From an uncultured Methylomirabilota bacterium (GTDB taxonomy: Bacteria > Methylomirabilota > Methylomirabilia > Methylomirabilales > 2-02-FULL-66-22), in the NCBI GenBank assembly GCA_963845565.1, contig CAWJSJ010000001.1, positions 480,001-544,000 on the forward strand: a DNA stretch of 64,000 nucleotides, read 5' to 3'. The translations under genes and the position numbers were made by a program. The notes below the pieces were generated by a model. The model was not told where the DNA came from and did no database searches. It saw nothing but the letters and a program-made list of their open reading frames with translations. Positions 28,943 to 39,519 of the stretch are shown one piece after another. Position 1 is the first letter of the stretch. The number at the start of each line of letters is the position of its first letter.

Positions 28943-29758
28943 ATGAGTTACGAACAGTTCTACCAGCTTCGGGAGCAGCCGTTCTCCAACACGCCGGACG
29001 CCCGCTTTTTCTTCGAGGTCGACCAGCACGCCGAAGTGCTGGCCCGGCTCATGTACGCCGTGGACACCATGAAGGGGTTAGCGGTCGTCGTGGGGGACGT
29101 GGGCACCGGGAAGACGACCCTGGCGCGGCGCATGCTGGATCGGCTGGATGATGAGCAGTACGAGTCGGCGCTGCTGGTCATCATTCATTCGGCCATCTCC
29201 GCCGAGTGGCTGCTCCGGCGGATCGCGGCCCAGATCGGCATCGGGCAAGCGGCGGAGGAAAAGGTCGCCCTCCTGACCCAAATCTACCAGCGGCTGATGG
29301 AGCTGCACGAAGCGGGTCGGAAGGCGGTGGTACTCATCGATGAGGCGAACATGCTCCAGCAGCGTGAGCTGATGGAGGAGTTGCGGGGGTTCCTCAACCT
29401 GGAGGTTCCCGGCAGCAAACTCATCACCTTCATCCTCTTCGGGTTGCCCAGCCTCGACGCGATCCTGGCGCTGGATGCGCCGTTGATGCAGCGGGTGGCG
29501 GTCAAGTGCCGGCTCAGCTCGCTGAATCCGGAAATGAGCAAAGCCTACATTCTGCACCGGCTGAAAGTGGCGGGGGCGACGCGGGAGATCTTTCCGGAGG
29601 CCGTGCTCGATCAGGTCGCGGCGGATTCCCGGGGGATTCCGCGCCTGATCAACACGATCTGCGACAACGTCCTGCTGGAGGGGTTTCTACGGAAGCGGGA
29701 CAAGCTGGATGTGGGCTTGGTCACGGACGTGGTCCGGGACTTGGGAGTGACCGTTTAG
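28943..29758 (+). CDS. ExeA-family AAA+ ATPase
   Basis: PFS.TPD, GDVGTGKTT, LIDEA and GIPRLIN.ICD motifs. Confidence 0.9.
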   Translation: MSYEQFYQLREQPFSNTPDARFFFEVDQHAEVLARLMYAVDTMKGLAVVVGDVGTGKTTLARRMLDRLDDEQYESALLVIIHSAISAEWLLRRIAAQIGIGQAAEEKVALLTQIYQRLMELHEAGRKAVVLIDEANMLQQRELMEELRGFLNLEVPGSKLITFILFGLPSLDAILALDAPLMQRVAVKCRLSSLNPEMSKAYILHRLKVAGATREIFPEAVLDQVAADSRGIPRLINTICDNVLLEGFLRKRDKLDVGLVTDVVRDLGVTV

Positions 29759-29776
29759 ACCGGCCGCGAGGGTGGC

Positions 29777-30310
29777 GTGAATCTTCCGAACGCGCTGAGC
29801 CTGATCCGGATCTTTCTGATTCCGGTGTTGGTGGTGTTTTTGATTGCGGTCCCGCGGCCATACAACCTCACGGCCGCGGCGGTTTTTCTGGCGGCGGTCC
29901 TGACGGACTGGCTGGACGGACGGATCGCCCGCAGCACGCGCCAGGTCACGGCGCTGGGCAAGCTGCTCGACCCGGTGGCGGACAAACTGCTGATCGCGGC
30001 CAGCTTGATCTCGCTGGTCCAGGTCGGCCGCGTTCCGGCGTGGATGGTCGTGCTGATCGTGTGCCGCGACCTGGCCGTGACCGGGCTCCGGGCCATCGCC
30101 GCCTCCCAAAACTTGATCATCCAGGCCAGCGATTTTGGCAAGGCGACCATGACGACCGAGGTGATCGCCGTGGCGTTGATGATCCTCAACTGGCCTGCCG
30201 CCGCAGTGTCCCTCGGGCAGGCGACGCTGGTCATCGCGATCGCGCTGTCCCTGGTGTCGGGCTTCCTCTACTTTCAGAAGTTCTGGCGGTGCATCGACCT
30301 CGGCAAGTAG
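29777..30310 (+). CDS. pgsA: Phosphatidylglycerophosphate synthase
   Basis: NLPN.L..RI and DWLDG.IAR..GKLLDP.ADK motifs. Confidence 0.92.
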   Translation: MNLPNALSLIRIFLIPVLVVFLIAVPRPYNLTAAAVFLAAVLTDWLDGRIARSTRQVTALGKLLDPVADKLLIAASLISLVQVGRVPAWMVVLIVCRDLAVTGLRAIAASQNLIIQASDFGKATMTTEVIAVALMILNWPAAAVSLGQATLVIAIALSLVSGFLYFQKFWRCIDLGK

Positions 30311-30373
30311 CGGACATTCGGCGCGTGGCCGAGGCGGGCGGGGTTGGGTGCGACCGCCCGGAGGGAGAAGACT

Positions 30374-30991
30374 TTGGCGCGTGACCTGTTCCTGGTGGCG
30401 GTCGCCTATCTGCTCGGGTCGGTGCCCTGCGGGATCGTGATTGCCCGGCTGCAGGGCAACGTGGATCTCCGGCGGGTTGGGAGCGGGAACATCGGGGCCA
30501 CGAATGTCCTGCGGGCAGTGGGGAAAGGCGCGGCGGCGCTCACGCTGCTGGGGGACATCGGGAAGGGTGCACTGGCCGTCAGTGTGGCGAGATGGGTCGG
30601 GGCGTCCTCGGAGGTGGTGGCGGCCGTGGCGCTGGCCGCAGTCGTCGGACATCTCCTCCCCGTGTTCGCGCGGTTTCGGGGCGGCAAGGGAGTCGCCACC
30701 ACGCTGGGGGTCGTCCTGGCGGCGGTGCCGGTCGTGGGAGGCCTCCTCTTGCTGATCTGGCTGGCCGTGGCGGCGATCTGGCGGTACTCCTCGCTGGCGG
30801 CGCTGTCAGCCACGGCGGCACTCCCCCCGCTCGTGTGGTTGCTGGACGGCCGGCCGGCGATGCTGGGAGCGAGCGGAATTCTGCTGGTGCTGATCTTCGC
30901 GCGGCACCGGGACAACATCCGGCGGCTGCTGGCGGGCACGGAAGGAAAGATTGGGCAGAAGGTGCCCGGAGTGGGTTGCGGGGGACACTAG
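30374..30991 (+). CDS. plsY: Glycerol-3-phosphate acyltransferase
   Basis: GSGNIGATN, GGKGVAT and RH.DNI.RL motifs. Confidence 0.94.
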   Translation: MARDLFLVAVAYLLGSVPCGIVIARLQGNVDLRRVGSGNIGATNVLRAVGKGAAALTLLGDIGKGALAVSVARWVGASSEVVAAVALAAVVGHLLPVFARFRGGKGVATTLGVVLAAVPVVGGLLLLIWLAVAAIWRYSSLAALSATAALPPLVWLLDGRPAMLGASGILLVLIFARHRDNIRRLLAGTEGKIGQKVPGVGCGGH

Positions 30992-31012
30992 GGACCGAGC
31001 GTGAGGTGTGCG

Positions 31013-32251
31013 ATGGCGCTGATCGTTCAGAAGTACGGCGGGACTTCGGTGGGAGATCCGGAACGCATCAAGAACGTGGCGCGACGCGCGACTTTGGCGC
31101 GGGCCGCGGGCCACGAGGTGGTGGTGGTGGTCTCCGCCATGGCGGGGGAGACCGACCGGTTGATCGGACTGGCGCACAAGATGTCCGACCGCCCGAACGA
31201 GCGCGAGTTGGACGTCATCCTGGCGACCGGGGAGCAGGTCAGCATCGGGCTTCTGTCGCTGGCGATCCACGGACTCGGGCACCGCGCGCGGAGTTTTACG
31301 GGCAGCCAGGTGCGCATCCAGACCGACGACGTGCACACCAAAGCCCGGATCGTGAGCATCGATGCCGAACGCGTCCGGCAGGCCTTGGCCGAGGGAGAGA
31401 TCGCCATTGTGGCGGGCTTCCAAGGTGTGAGCGCAGAGGATGAGATCACGACGCTGGGGCGGGGCGGTTCGGATCTGACGGCGGTGGCCATGGCGGCGGC
31501 GCTCCAGGCCGACGTGTGCGAGATCTATACGGATGTGGACGGGGTGTACACGACGGACCCCAACATTGTGCCGGAGGCGCGGAAGCTCGACCGCATCTCC
31601 TATGACGAGATGCTGGAATTGGCCAGTCTGGGCGCCAAGGTGCTCCAAACGCGCTCGGTCGAGTATGCCAAGAACTATCTGGTGCCGGTACACGTCCGGT
31701 CCAGCTTCAACGACCATCCGGGAACGATGGTTGTCAAGGAGGACGCGATCATGGAGAAAGTGGTGGTCTCGGGCATCGCCTTCAACAAACAGGAAGCCAA
31801 GATCACCATCACCCGAGTGGCGGACCGACCCGGCATTTCGGCGAACCTGTTTGGGCGCGTGGCCGAGGCCAATATCGTGGTGGACATGATCGTCCAGAAT
31901 ATCAGCCAGGACGGACTCACCGATATCTCGTTCACGGTCCCCAAGACCGATTACACGCGGGCTCTGGAGATCGCGCGTGCGGTGGCCAAAGAGATCGGGG
32001 CGGACAAGGTGATCGGCGACGATAAGATCGCCAAGGTGTCGATCGTCGGCGTTGGGATGCGGACGCATTCGGGTGTGGCCGCCCGGATGTTCGAGACGCT
32101 GGGCCGGGAACAGATCAACATCGCCATGATCAGCACGTCGGAGATCAAGGTGTCGTGCGTGATCGAGGCCAAGTACACGGAATTGGCGGTGCGCGTGCTG
32201 CACGAGGCGTTCGGTTTGGCGGCCGAGGCCGTCTCCGTGGAGCGGGGGTGA
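31013..32251 (+). CDS. lysC: Aspartate kinase
   Basis: [16 protein letters not shown] and ACT domains. Confidence 0.96.
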   Translation: MALIVQKYGGTSVGDPERIKNVARRATLARAAGHEVVVVVSAMAGETDRLIGLAHKMSDRPNERELDVILATGEQVSIGLLSLAIHGLGHRARSFTGSQVRIQTDDVHTKARIVSIDAERVRQALAEGEIAIVAGFQGVSAEDEITTLGRGGSDLTAVAMAAALQADVCEIYTDVDGVYTTDPNIVPEARKLDRISYDEMLELASLGAKVLQTRSVEYAKNYLVPVHVRSSFNDHPGTMVVKEDAIMEKVVVSGIAFNKQEAKITITRVADRPGISANLFGRVAEANIVVDMIVQNISQDGLTDISFTVPKTDYTRALEIARAVAKEIGADKVIGDDKIAKVSIVGVGMRTHSGVAARMFETLGREQINIAMISTSEIKVSCVIEAKYTELAVRVLHEAFGLAAEAVSVERG

Positions 32252-32706
32252 CCCAAGGGGCGGAGGGGATCGTGCGACCGGAACCCTGGGCGCAAGCCCA
32301 CGGGATCGCCGCCGCCTGCGTGGGGTTGCTCCTGTTGGCGGGCACGGCCCTTCCGGTGCTGACCCAGCCGGGTCCGGCGTTTTCCGTGGGCGCGAACGTC
32401 CCGCCGGACGGGCCGATCGCGCGTGCCGCGCTGGCGACCGCGGGGCGACTGCGCGGCGCGGCGCCCGAGTCGACCGCCGACCACGGGAGCCCGGCGCCGA
32501 CCCGCACCCTCGATATCAACCGGGCGGATGGGGAAGCCCTGCAGGCGTTGCCCGGCATCGGACCGGCCCTGGCCAGACAGATCGTCGCCTACCGAGAGGC
32601 GCATGGCCCCTTCCGGCAACCGGCAGACCTCCTTCGGGTGCCGGGGATCGGCGTCAAACGGTACGCCAGCCTCGAGGGACGGATCCGAACGGCGGAGGGT
32701 CCATGA
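32248..32706 (+). CDS. comEA: ComEA-family HhH DNA-binding protein
   Basis: N-terminal [29 protein letters not shown]. Confidence 0.85.
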   Translation: MTQGAEGIVRPEPWAQAHGIAAACVGLLLLAGTALPVLTQPGPAFSVGANVPPDGPIARAALATAGRLRGAAPESTADHGSPAPTRTLDINRADGEALQALPGIGPALARQIVAYREAHGPFRQPADLLRVPGIGVKRYASLEGRIRTAEGP

Positions 32707-33500
32707 GCTTTCAGATCAAGCTGCACATGTTCGAGGGCCCCCTGGACCTCCTCCTGCACCTGATCCGGGAACACCAGATCGATATCCTGGACATCCCCAT
32801 CGCGACCATTACCGAGGAATACCTCCGGTACATCGCCATCATGCAGGAGCTGGATCTGGACGTGGCCGGCGAGTACCTGCTGATGGCGGCGACGCTGATC
32901 CACATCAAATCCAAGATGCTCCTGCCGCCGGAGGAGACGGCGGAGGGCGAGGAGGCGGAGGGCGAGGATCCGCGAGCGGAGTTGGTGAACCGCCTCCTGC
33001 AGTACAAGACGTTCAAGGAAGCGGCGCAGACCCTGAACCTCCTGGAGTCGGAGACGGCGCTGCTCCATCGGCGGGGCGCGCCCGCGATGGATCTGGAGGT
33101 GGAGGGGCCGCTCCAGGTTTCCATGGTCGAGCTGCTGCGGGCCTTCCGGGACGTGCTGTCGCGGGTGGACAAGACCATCCCGATGGAGATCACGCCCGAG
33201 GAGATCAACGTCGGGCAGCGAATCGTCATGCTCCTGGACCGTCTCGCGGCGGAGAGCCCGGTGGAGTTCAGTCGGCTGTTCGGGGACGCGACACGGCGGG
33301 TGGAGGTCATCGTCACGTTCCTGGCGCTGTTGGAGCTCCTGCGCCGACGCTTGGCGACGGCACGGCAGAGCGAGGCGATGGGACCCATTGTGATCTATCG
33401 GACGGTGGAGCGCGCGGACGAGACGGCGGATCCGGGGGACGGGGCTGCCGACGCGGCACGGCCGGCGGCGACCGGCGTGGCCGAGGGCGTGCCGGCGTGA
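32703..33500 (+). CDS. scpA: Segregation/condensation protein A
   Basis: FEGPLDLLLHLI, DPR.ELV and TFLALLEL motifs. Confidence 0.95.
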   Translation: MSFQIKLHMFEGPLDLLLHLIREHQIDILDIPIATITEEYLRYIAIMQELDLDVAGEYLLMAATLIHIKSKMLLPPEETAEGEEAEGEDPRAELVNRLLQYKTFKEAAQTLNLLESETALLHRRGAPAMDLEVEGPLQVSMVELLRAFRDVLSRVDKTIPMEITPEEINVGQRIVMLLDRLAAESPVEFSRLFGDATRRVEVIVTFLALLELLRRRLATARQSEAMGPIVIYRTVERADETADPGDGAADAARPAATGVAEGVPA

Positions 33501-33541
33501 GTGCGGGGCGCCCCGATCGTTCCCGGACAGAGGAGACACGG

Positions 33542-34372
33542 GTGAACGTGGCACCGGATCGACTGGCAATTCTGGAGGCGTTATTGTTTGTCGCAGAGGA
33601 ACCCCTGCCGCTCTCGAAGCTGCAGGAGATCCTGGCGGACGCCTCGTCGGCGGACACCGACGGATCGCTCCGCGATCTGGCGGTGCGTCTTGAGAGCGAG
33701 GGGCGCGGGGTGATGGTGCAGGAGGTGGCGGGGGGATTCCGTCTGACCACGCGGCCCGACGTCCACGCCTGGATCCAGAAGCTCCAGCAGGTGAAACCCG
33801 CCCGTCTGAGCCGGGCGGCGCTGGAAACCTTGGCCATCGTCGCCTATCGTCAGCCGATCACCCGCGCCGAGGTCGAGGCCATCCGCGGCGTGGCGGTCGA
33901 CGGCGTGCTGCGAACGCTGCTGGAACGGGAACTCGTGCGCATGATGGGGCGGAAGGCGGAAGCCGGCCGGCCGATGCTCTACGGGACGAGCCAGCAATTC
34001 CTGGAACACTTCGGCCTTCGGGAGCTGGGCGACCTGCCCACGCTGAGAGAGATCAATGAACTCATCGGAATCACGGAGACCGGGGCGGAGATCGACGCGC
34101 CCGCCGAATCGACCCCACCCATCGCGGACCGGCCGCCCGTCGTCGACGAGCGGGAGCCGGTCGAGGAGGCAGAGCGGTTCGCCGACGGACCGGCCGCCGC
34201 GGCCGCCGGAGCGGCGCTCCCCGTCGACGACCCGACCGCGGCCACCGAGTCGGGGCCAGACCGGGGCGGCGGCGAAGATCCCAGGGCGGACGGACGGTCC
34301 GGTGCAGCGACAGGCGGCGCGAGTGTCGCCCCGGCCGGAGCGTCGGAGGAGCCGCCCGCCTCTTCGAGGTAG
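33542..34372 (+). CDS. scpB: SMC-Scp complex subunit ScpB with acidic C-terminal tail
   Basis: LSRAALETLAIVAYRQPITR and GRPMLYGT..FL motifs. Confidence 0.94.
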   Translation: MNVAPDRLAILEALLFVAEEPLPLSKLQEILADASSADTDGSLRDLAVRLESEGRGVMVQEVAGGFRLTTRPDVHAWIQKLQQVKPARLSRAALETLAIVAYRQPITRAEVEAIRGVAVDGVLRTLLERELVRMMGRKAEAGRPMLYGTSQQFLEHFGLRELGDLPTLREINELIGITETGAEIDAPAESTPPIADRPPVVDEREPVEEAERFADGPAAAAAGAALPVDDPTAATESGPDRGGGEDPRADGRSGAATGGASVAPAGASEEPPASSR

Positions 34373-34397
34373 CAGCGCGCGGCGGCCTCCCGGACGC

Positions 34398-35189
34398 GTG
34401 GGGCCTCCGCCCGGTGTTGGACTCGCGCAGCCGGCTCCCGAAACCGCTGCGGCGGAACGGCTGCAAAAGTTCCTGGCCCGGGCCGGGGTGGCGTCGCGCC
34501 GGCAATGCGAGGTCTTGATCACCGCCGGGCGCGTGCAGGTCAACGGGGAAGTGGTCCGCACCCTGGGGACGCGGGTTCGCCCGGGGCGGGACCGCGTCCA
34601 GGTGGACGGGGTGGGTCTCCGCGCGGAGGCGCCCGTCGTCCTCATGTTGCATAAACCCGCCGGGTACATCACGGCCGTCTCCGATCCGGAGGGGCGGCCG
34701 GTGGTGCTCTCGTTGCTCCCCCAGGCGGGAATGCCTCGGCTGTTCCCGGTCGGACGCCTGGATTGGGATACCGAGGGGCTTCTCCTGCTGACCAACGACG
34801 GCGATCTGGCCAACCTGCTCACCCATCCCCGGCATGGGGTCTCCAAGGTCTACCACGCGAAGGTCAAGGGCCGGCCGACGGCGGAAGGGCTCGGGCGATT
34901 GCTCCGGGGGGTGGTGTCCGAGGGCGAGCGACTCGTCGCCACCGCCGTGCGCCTGCTGCGGACGACGCAGGAGAACACGTGGGTGATGGTCGGCGTGCAC
35001 GAGGGACGCTACCGTCAGGTCCGTCGCATGTGCGAAGCGATCGGTCATCCGGTCCTGAAACTGGTTCGAGTGGCGCTGGGCCCTCTCACGCTCGGAACGC
35101 TTCCGCGTGGGCAGTGGCGCCCCCTGGTTCCCGCGGAGCTCCGGGCGCTGGAAGCGCTGAAGGCCGGGAATCCGCCAGAAAGGCCTTGA
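34398..35189 (+). CDS. rluB: rRNA pseudouridine synthase (RluB/RsuA family); start uncertain
   Basis: S4 domain RLQKFLA..SRR; PVGRLD; EGR.RQVRRM. Confidence 0.85.
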   Translation: MGPPPGVGLAQPAPETAAAERLQKFLARAGVASRRQCEVLITAGRVQVNGEVVRTLGTRVRPGRDRVQVDGVGLRAEAPVVLMLHKPAGYITAVSDPEGRPVVLSLLPQAGMPRLFPVGRLDWDTEGLLLLTNDGDLANLLTHPRHGVSKVYHAKVKGRPTAEGLGRLLRGVVSEGERLVATAVRLLRTTQENTWVMVGVHEGRYRQVRRMCEAIGHPVLKLVRVALGPLTLGTLPRGQWRPLVPAELRALEALKAGNPPERP

Positions 35190-35214
35190 ACACCCTCCGG
35201 TGCTTGGCTATCAT
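35186..35214 (+). promoter_or_regulatory. Sigma70-type promoter positioned for a leaderless pheA mRNA
   Basis: TTGAAC-17 nt-TATCAT, ending 6 nt before ATG 35221; no SD. Confidence 0.5.
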
Positions 35215-35220
35215 GACGCA

Positions 35221-36318
35221 ATGAGCGACGCGACCTCCTCCAAGCGGATCTCGGAACTGCGGCAGCGCATCGACGAGATCGACTCCGAAATCCTGCGGCT
35301 CTTGAACCGGCGGGCAGCGCTGGTGCTCGACGTCGGCCGTCTGAAAACGGAACACAATCTCGAGTACCATGTCCCCCAGCGCGAGGAGGAAATCTACGCC
35401 CGTCTCGCCGCCGAGAATCGAGGACCGTTCCCCGCACCGGCGGTACGACCGGTGTTCCGCGAGGTCATCTCCGCGTGTCTGTCGCTGGAGCACCCGCTGC
35501 GCGTGGGCTATCTCGGCCCGCGGGCGACCTTCTCGCATCTGGCCGCCATGGAACGGTTCGGCCTCTCGGCGCGGTTTCTGGCCATGCGCAGCATCGCCGA
35601 GGTGTTCGCGGAGGTGGAGAAGGGGAACGCGGACTTCGGGGTCGTCCCGGTGGAGAATTCCACCGAAGGGGTGGTGAGCCACACGCTCGACATGTTCGTG
35701 GACTCGCCGCTCCTGATCTGCGGCGAGGTGGTCGTCGAGGCGGCGCTGCATCTGCTGAGCAAGGCCGCCACCCTGGGCGACGTGCGGAAGATCTACTCCC
35801 ACCCGCACGGCTTGGCCGAGTCCCGGAAGTGGTTGGAGCGAAACGCGCCCCACGTCTCGGTGGTGGAAACCAGCAGCACCGGGGCGGCGGCGGAGATCGC
35901 CGCCTCGGAACCGGGCGCGGCCGCCATCGCCTCGGAGCTTGCGGCCTCGCTGTACGATCTCTCGGTCCTCCAGCGGCGGATCGAGGATCATCCCAACAAC
36001 TTCACCCGGTTTCTGATCATCGGAAAGCAGGGTGCGCCGCCGACGGCCGCCGACAAGACCTCCATCCTGTTCTCCATCAAGGATCGCGTGGGGGCCTTGC
36101 ACCGGATGCTGCTCCCATTCGCGGAGCGACGGATCAATCTGACCAAAATCGAATCCCGGCCCTCCAAGAAGAAGGTCTGGGAATACGTCTTCTACGTGGA
36201 CTTCGCGGGGCATGCCAACGAGCCGCGTGCCCGCGAGGCGCTGGCCGCCCTGCAGGAAGACTGCATCTTCCTCAAGATCCTGGGCTCCTATGCGGCGGCC
36301 CAGCGCGCGGAGGGCTGA
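35221..36318 (+). CDS. pheA: Chorismate mutase/prephenate dehydratase
   Basis: LRQRIDEID CM domain; PVENSTEG, N.TRF and LTKIESRP motifs. Confidence 0.95.
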   Translation: MSDATSSKRISELRQRIDEIDSEILRLLNRRAALVLDVGRLKTEHNLEYHVPQREEEIYARLAAENRGPFPAPAVRPVFREVISACLSLEHPLRVGYLGPRATFSHLAAMERFGLSARFLAMRSIAEVFAEVEKGNADFGVVPVENSTEGVVSHTLDMFVDSPLLICGEVVVEAALHLLSKAATLGDVRKIYSHPHGLAESRKWLERNAPHVSVVETSSTGAAAEIAASEPGAAAIASELAASLYDLSVLQRRIEDHPNNFTRFLIIGKQGAPPTAADKTSILFSIKDRVGALHRMLLPFAERRINLTKIESRPSKKKVWEYVFYVDFAGHANEPRAREALAALQEDCIFLKILGSYAAAQRAEG

Positions 36319-36355
36319 GCGTGGGCCGGCCGCGTCCCGACAAGGAGGTGTCGCC

Positions 36356-37459
36356 TTGAGTCGTTCGCTGGAGGAGCTCGCCTCTCCGTATCTGTCTGGT
36401 CTCATCCCCTATTCCCCCGGCAAGCCGATCGAAGAAGTAGAGCGCGAGCTCGGAATATCCGGCTCGGTGAAACTGGCGTCCAACGAAAATCCGCTGGGGC
36501 CGTCCCCCAAGGCCCTCCAGGCCATCGCCGGGGCGCTGCCGAACCTCCACCGCTATCCCGACGGCGGCGGGTACGCCTTGCGGAAGGCGCTGTCTCGTCA
36601 CTGGGACGTGCCGGCCGATTGGCTGATCCTGGGGAACGGCTCCAACGAACTCCTGGAGATGGCGGGGCGGTGCTTCCTGATGCCGGGCGACGAGGTGCTG
36701 TACGCCCGGCAGGCATTCATCGTGTACGACATGGTGGCCCAGGTGACCGGGGCGACCAAGGTGGCGATCCCGCTTGCGGACTTCGCCCACGACCTGCCCG
36801 CCATGCAGGCGGCGATCACGCCCAGGACCAAACTGGTGTTCCTGGCCAACCCGAACAACCCCACCGGAACCTGTGTGGATCCCCGGGCGCTGGAGGGGTT
36901 CCTGGCGGCCGTGCCGCCCGAGGTGATCGTGGTGCTGGACGAAGCCTACTACGAGTACCTTCCGCCGGAGGCGCGACCTGACGCGCTGCGGTTCGTCCGC
37001 GACGGCCGGTGGGTTCTCCTCCTGCGGACCTTTTCGAAGATTTACGGTCTGGCGGGGTTGCGCATCGGCTACGGGATCGGTCCGGCGCCGCTGGTGGCCC
37101 TCCTCAATCGGGTCCGCGAGCCGTTCAACACCAACACCCTGGCCCAGGTCGCGGCGGCGGCAGCGCTCCACGATGCCGACCACGTCGCGGCCAGTCGCGC
37201 GGCCAACGAGGCCGGCCGCGCGTTCCTGACCGGGCAGTGCCGGGGCATGGGACTGGCCGTGGTTCCCAGCGTCGCGAATTTTCTGCTGGTGGACACCGGA
37301 CGGCCGGGGGGGCAGGTAACGGACGCATTGCTCCGGCACGGCGTGATCGTTCGTCCGGTGGCCGGCTATGGATTCGCCACGCACCTGCGCATCACCATCG
37401 GGACGGCGACGGAGAACGAGAAGTGCGTCGGCGCATTGCGGGCCGTGTTGGGGAAATGA
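36356..37459 (+). CDS. hisC: Histidinol-phosphate aminotransferase
   Basis: KLASNENP, NPNNPTG and RTFSKIYGLAGLRIG motifs; AAGGAGGTG RBS before TTG. Confidence 0.94.
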   Translation: MSRSLEELASPYLSGLIPYSPGKPIEEVERELGISGSVKLASNENPLGPSPKALQAIAGALPNLHRYPDGGGYALRKALSRHWDVPADWLILGNGSNELLEMAGRCFLMPGDEVLYARQAFIVYDMVAQVTGATKVAIPLADFAHDLPAMQAAITPRTKLVFLANPNNPTGTCVDPRALEGFLAAVPPEVIVVLDEAYYEYLPPEARPDALRFVRDGRWVLLLRTFSKIYGLAGLRIGYGIGPAPLVALLNRVREPFNTNTLAQVAAAAALHDADHVAASRAANEAGRAFLTGQCRGMGLAVVPSVANFLLVDTGRPGGQVTDALLRHGVIVRPVAGYGFATHLRITIGTATENEKCVGALRAVLGK

Positions 37460-37466
37460 GGGGTCG

Positions 37467-38372
37467 GTGTCCATTCCGCGCTCTGTATCCCAGGACGTGC
37501 CACCGGGGGCGCCTCTCTTTCGACAGATGACCATCGTGGGCGTCGGGCTGATCGGCGGCAGCTTGGCGCTGGCGGCGCGACGGGCCGGGGCGGTGCAGAC
37601 GGTGGTTGGTGTCGGGCGCAGCCCGGCAAACCGCGAAGTGGCATTGGTCCGGGGCCTGGTCGATCGCGCGACCGACGACCTGTCGTCCGGGGTACGGGAT
37701 GCCGACCTCGTCGTCTTGGCGGTTCCCGTCCGCGAGATTGTGCGCCTGTTGCCGGGGGTGGCGCGTGCGACCGGTCCGGCCTGCGTGGTGACTGACGTGG
37801 GCAGCGTGAAAGGGCCGATCCTGACAGCGGGCGACGAGGCATTTCCGGACGGTCGGTTCGTGGCGGGGCATCCGATCGCAGGCAAGGAACAATCGGGACC
37901 GGCTGCCGCCAGGGCGGACCTCTTTCACGATGCGAACTGGCTCCTGACGCCCGGGGAGCGGACGCAGGCGGGGGCTGTGGAACGTGTCGAGGCGCTGTGT
38001 CGGGCCGCCGGGGCGCGGGCGGTTCGGATGGGCGCGGGCTGGCACGACGAGGTGTTCGCCACCGTCAGTCATCTGCCGCACCTCGTCGCCTATGCCCTGA
38101 TGGATGCCGTGCTGGGCACCGAGCGGGGCGCTGAGCGCATTCGCTTCTCCGCGGGCGGCCTCCGCGACTTCACCCGGGTGGCGGGAAGCGATCCGGCCAT
38201 GTGGCGTGACATTTTTCTGATGAATCGGGAGCCGGTGCTCCGGGTGCTGGCGGAATACCAGCGGGCCTTGGGGCGGCTGGCAGCCGCCATTCGCGACGGC
38301 GACGGGGAGCAGTTGGAGGCGCGCTTGCTCCAGGCTCGGGTCGCGCGGGAGGGACTCGTCCATCGCTCATGA
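37467..38372 (+). CDS. tyrA: Prephenate/arogenate dehydrogenase
   Basis: GVGLIGGS, DVGSVK, HPIAGKE and SHLPH motifs. Confidence 0.93.
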   Translation: MSIPRSVSQDVPPGAPLFRQMTIVGVGLIGGSLALAARRAGAVQTVVGVGRSPANREVALVRGLVDRATDDLSSGVRDADLVVLAVPVREIVRLLPGVARATGPACVVTDVGSVKGPILTAGDEAFPDGRFVAGHPIAGKEQSGPAAARADLFHDANWLLTPGERTQAGAVERVEALCRAAGARAVRMGAGWHDEVFATVSHLPHLVAYALMDAVLGTERGAERIRFSAGGLRDFTRVAGSDPAMWRDIFLMNREPVLRVLAEYQRALGRLAAAIRDGDGEQLEARLLQARVAREGLVHRS

Positions 38373-38376
38373 AATC

Positions 38377-39519
38377 GTGACGCGACGCGGGCCGGAGACG
38401 GCCCTTCTGGTCGGTGTGGTTCGCCACCGACAGCCGCGATGGGAAGCCGAGGACTCGCTCGTCGAGTTGGAGCAGTTGGCGCGCGCCGCGGGGGCGCGGG
38501 TGGCCGAGGCGGTGCTGCAGGATCGCGACCGGTTGGACCCACGCTACCTCATTGGAAAGGGAAAGGCGGAAGAGATCCGGGGGCGCTGCAGCGGAATCGA
38601 CGTCGTCATCCTGGACGAGGAGCTGTCCGGATCGCAGCAGCGGAATCTGGAGAAACTCCTCGGGCGCCGGGTCGTGGATCGGACCGGTCTGATCCTGGAC
38701 ATCTTTGCGCAGCGGGCGCAGACGCGAGAGGGGAAACTCCAGGTGGAGCTTGCGCAACTCGACTACCACCTGCCGCGCCTGGCCGGTGCCTGGACCCACC
38801 TCGAGCGGCTCGGCGGCGGGATCGGGACCCGGGGCCCCGGTGAGACACAACTCGAGTCCGATCGCCGGCGGGTCAAGACGCGGATGGCGAAGATCCGACG
38901 GGACCTGGAGCAAGTGCGGCGCCATCGCGCGCTTCTGCGTCGGCCGCGGCGGAAGATCCCCTTCCCCATCGTCGCCCTGGTCGGCTACACCAACGCGGGA
39001 AAATCCTCCCTGATGAACGCACTGACTCGGGCGGGCGTGGTGGTCCGGGATCAGCTGTTTGCCACGCTGGATCCGACGCTGCGCCGGCTGACCTTGCCGG
39101 GAGGCCGCGTGGCACTCCTCTCGGACACGGTCGGGTTTATCCGAAAGATCCCGCACCAACTGGTCGCCGCGTTCCAGGCCACGCTGGAAGAGGTGCAGGA
39201 AGCGGAACTCCTGCTCCACGTGGTGGACGTCAGTCATCCGCACGCGGAGTTGCAGCAGGCGGCGGTGGAGGCCGTGCTGGGCGAGCTCGGTTTGGCGGAT
39301 CGTCCCACCATTCTGGCGTACAACAAGATCGATCGGCTCGGCCAGCGACCGGATTTCCCATGGGGACCGGGAAGCGGCCGTGTGGCCATCTCGGCCAAGA
39401 CGGGCGCCGGTCTGGACGACCTGCGACGCGAGATCGTGGCCGGGCTGGACGGGCCGCGTCCGACGACGACCACCGCACCGCGCTCCCCCGATCGCGAGAG
39501 GAGCGAGGCGCTGTGCTGA
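38377..39519 (+). CDS. hflX: GTPase HflX
   Basis: RGPGETQLE, GYTNAGKS, DTVGF and NKID motifs. Confidence 0.96.
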   Translation: MTRRGPETALLVGVVRHRQPRWEAEDSLVELEQLARAAGARVAEAVLQDRDRLDPRYLIGKGKAEEIRGRCSGIDVVILDEELSGSQQRNLEKLLGRRVVDRTGLILDIFAQRAQTREGKLQVELAQLDYHLPRLAGAWTHLERLGGGIGTRGPGETQLESDRRRVKTRMAKIRRDLEQVRRHRALLRRPRRKIPFPIVALVGYTNAGKSSLMNALTRAGVVVRDQLFATLDPTLRRLTLPGGRVALLSDTVGFIRKIPHQLVAAFQATLEEVQEAELLLHVVDVSHPHAELQQAAVEAVLGELGLADRPTILAYNKIDRLGQRPDFPWGPGSGRVAISAKTGAGLDDLRREIVAGLDGPRPTTTTAPRSPDRERSEALC

